DNA from: Ginkgo biloba
Taxonomy: Eukaryota > Plantae > Ginkgophyta
DNA: 21,293 bases
Assembly (NCBI GenBank): GCA_024626585.2
Contig: JANKJI020000004.1
Span: 113,870,461-113,891,753 of the forward strand
Reading direction: 5' to 3'
The first letter of the stretch is position 1; every line of letters begins with the position of its first letter. A model generated the notes under the pieces. That model ran no database searches, was not told where the DNA came from, and saw only the letters and a program-made list of their open reading frames with translations. The position numbers and the translations under genes were made by a program. This document shows, in pieces, positions 20,462-21,293 of this stretch.

Positions 20462-21293
20462 TACTCGATTGCCACCATAATATACTTACACCATCCTTGG
20501 TGGGAAGGATGTTTGAAGGGACCAACAAAGTCCAAGCCCCAATGTTCAAATGGTTCCCGAGATAAAGTTGGATGCAAGGGCATGAAATCTTTCTTTAGTG
20601 TGTGTCCCATACACAAAGAAATAAAACATCTTCTAACAAATTATTTGGTGTCTTGAAACACTCAAGACTACAATAACCCTACAAGTAAAATTTTTTGATT
20701 TGTTAGCTCATGACCAACAACCCTCTAAAGAGGCCAATGTGCATCTCTTGAATAACCTTCTCCACATATTCTAGCATGATGCACCTCTATAAAACTTGGT
20801 CACAACCCATCTTATATAGCAATCCTTCAATTAGCTAGAAGGGTCCTGCCTTGTTTGCAATCTTCGATCGCTCATGGATGGGAATTATTTGCAGGAATGT
20901 TCCCATGGACAAATAGTCAACAATGCTTCGATACCAATCAAGAACATTTGTCATGCTCAATAATTGTATATATGGGAAATCATCATTTACACCAGTCGGT
21001 GATTCTCTTGACTGAATTTGGTATAGGTGATCCACGACCACACAAGATTTGTCAGGATGGGGCACCACCTAAAAATTTAACTCTTACAGCAATAAGAGCC
21101 AATAGTTGGTTCATCAACAAATGATTGGTTTATTGACCAAATATAACAAAGTTTAGTGATCCATGAGGAATACAAATGCATTGGCCAACAAATAATGGAG
21201 AAGTTTTTGAACACGTATCATGCCCAACACTTCTCGTTTTGTCATGCTATAATTATGGTCAAAGTTATTTAATCGGTGACTAGCAAAATAAAT
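20462..21293 (-). pseudogene. Ty3/Gypsy RNase H, integrase zinc-finger and first catalytic motif remnant
   Basis: IYFASHRL..NYSMTKREVLGM, HYLLANAFVFLMDH*TLLYLVNKP, WLLLL*E, VVDHLYQI..GVNDDFP, decayed HHCC region, then EPFEHWGLDFVGPF..KYIMVAIEY. Continues beyond the window end. Confidence 0.94.

Noticed and set aside
18681-20469. Apparent unusual 11-12-bp TSD around the LTR-like insert
   Set aside because: Shifting the boundaries gives a perfect 5-bp TACTC TSD and longer terminal inverted repeats; the extra similarity comes from the LTR ends.
15683-21293. One element linking the LTR/PBS to the RNase H-integrase region
   Set aside because: Opposite strands and separated by a 100-N join.

Overview
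This is AT-rich, CpG-depleted eukaryotic DNA from a fragmented assembly. It is most likely a large-genome land plant such as a fern or gymnosperm, inferred from the transposon families only. No intact protein-coding gene, RNA gene or CRISPR array is supported. The window is a mosaic of decayed mobile elements: (1) an Athila-like Ty3/Gypsy gag-PR-RT remnant (+, ~1-2577) interrupted by a ~240-bp hAT-type MITE; (2) a second RT fragment (4805-4952); (3) the 5' half of a two-ORF LINE (-, 5053-7359) with a coiled-coil/RRM/'EDLT' ORF1 and an APE endonuclease, probably RTE-X clade; (4) two Ty3/Gypsy gag remnants (-, ~7640-8140 and ~14270-15200); (5) several LTR pieces, one followed by a tRNA-Asp PBS (16438-16455); (6) an RNase H-integrase remnant (-, ~17960-21293) split inside the integrase core by a ~1.77-kb solo LTR with a perfect TACTC target-site duplication. 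The least expected item is a decayed, intron-containing gene on the minus strand (~11294-13440) with two degenerate PHD-like zinc fingers ~450 codons apart. Five gaps of exactly 100 N separate apparently unrelated sequence, so adjacency across them is unreliable. I do not see convincing evidence for a new functional system. All protein readings are manual translations across stops and frameshifts, compared with family motifs from memory.
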